Below, in pieces: positions 63,515 through 64,000 of a stretch of DNA of 64,000 nucleotides. The position numbers and the translations under genes were made by a program. The stretch comes from Octopus vulgaris. Taxonomy: Eukaryota. The stretch's first letter is position 1. Each line of letters begins with the position of its first letter. The stretch covers positions 54,498,001 to 54,562,000 of the forward strand of contig OX597819.1 in the NCBI GenBank assembly GCA_951406725.2, written 5' to 3'. The notes under the pieces were generated by a model that saw nothing but the letters and a program-made list of their open reading frames with translations, did not search any database and was not told where the DNA came from.

Positions 63515-64000
63515 GGATAAGAGAAAGTAAGGGGAGAGAAAGAAAGATTATTTTATTTTCAGAGTGAAAGTGATTAGAGCAATTTGCTAGCGTGGGAAGG
63601 TAACATCAAATACCAGTGTTTTTAACATCTAGTTTTTAAAGTAAATAAATCTTGCCTGGGAATGATTTGATTCTTTTCTTTTTTTTTTTCATTGTCAAGC
63701 ACGAAGCTCATGTGTAAAAGAGATGAAAGTTGCTTGGTATTGGTTGCTTTTTCTCTCATCTGGAAATTCGTGAAAAGTTCAATGAATTTGATACTTTTTT
63801 TTTTTACTTGTTTCTGTCATTTGCTTGCGGCCATGCTGGAACACCGCCTTTTAGTCGAGCAAATCAACTCCAGGACTTATTCTTTGTAAGCCTAGTACTT
63901 ATTCTATCGGCCTCTTTTGCCGAACCGCTAAGTTACGGGGACGTAAACACACCAGCATCGGTTGTCAAGCGATGTTGGGGGGAAAAACACACACACACAC

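Overview
This is AT-rich, microsatellite- and SINE-dense animal DNA; the repeat families suggest an octopus or other cephalopod (inference). A complete VPS16 gene (HOPS/CORVET subunit) lies on the minus strand: 23 coding exons, ATG at 62010, TGA at 22074-22076, 828 aa when spliced by hand. It has two U12-type minor introns (one AT-AC, one GT-AG) and an apparent GC-AG intron. MED10 exon 1 starts head-to-head with it, about 550 bp away on the plus strand. The rest is transposon-derived. It includes a 2.9-kb foldback element with ~1.3-kb near-perfect inverted arms and a 9-bp TSD, Penelope-like remnants with hammerhead-ribozyme cores, and a nearly intact CR1-group LINE ORF2 whose 3' end matches the dominant SINE. 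It also holds Merlin, hAT, Tc1/mariner, Gypsy and RTE remnants, a Helitron, MITEs and at least four SINE-like families. I found no evidence of a new protein-coding system. All calls come from manual reading; no database searches were run.
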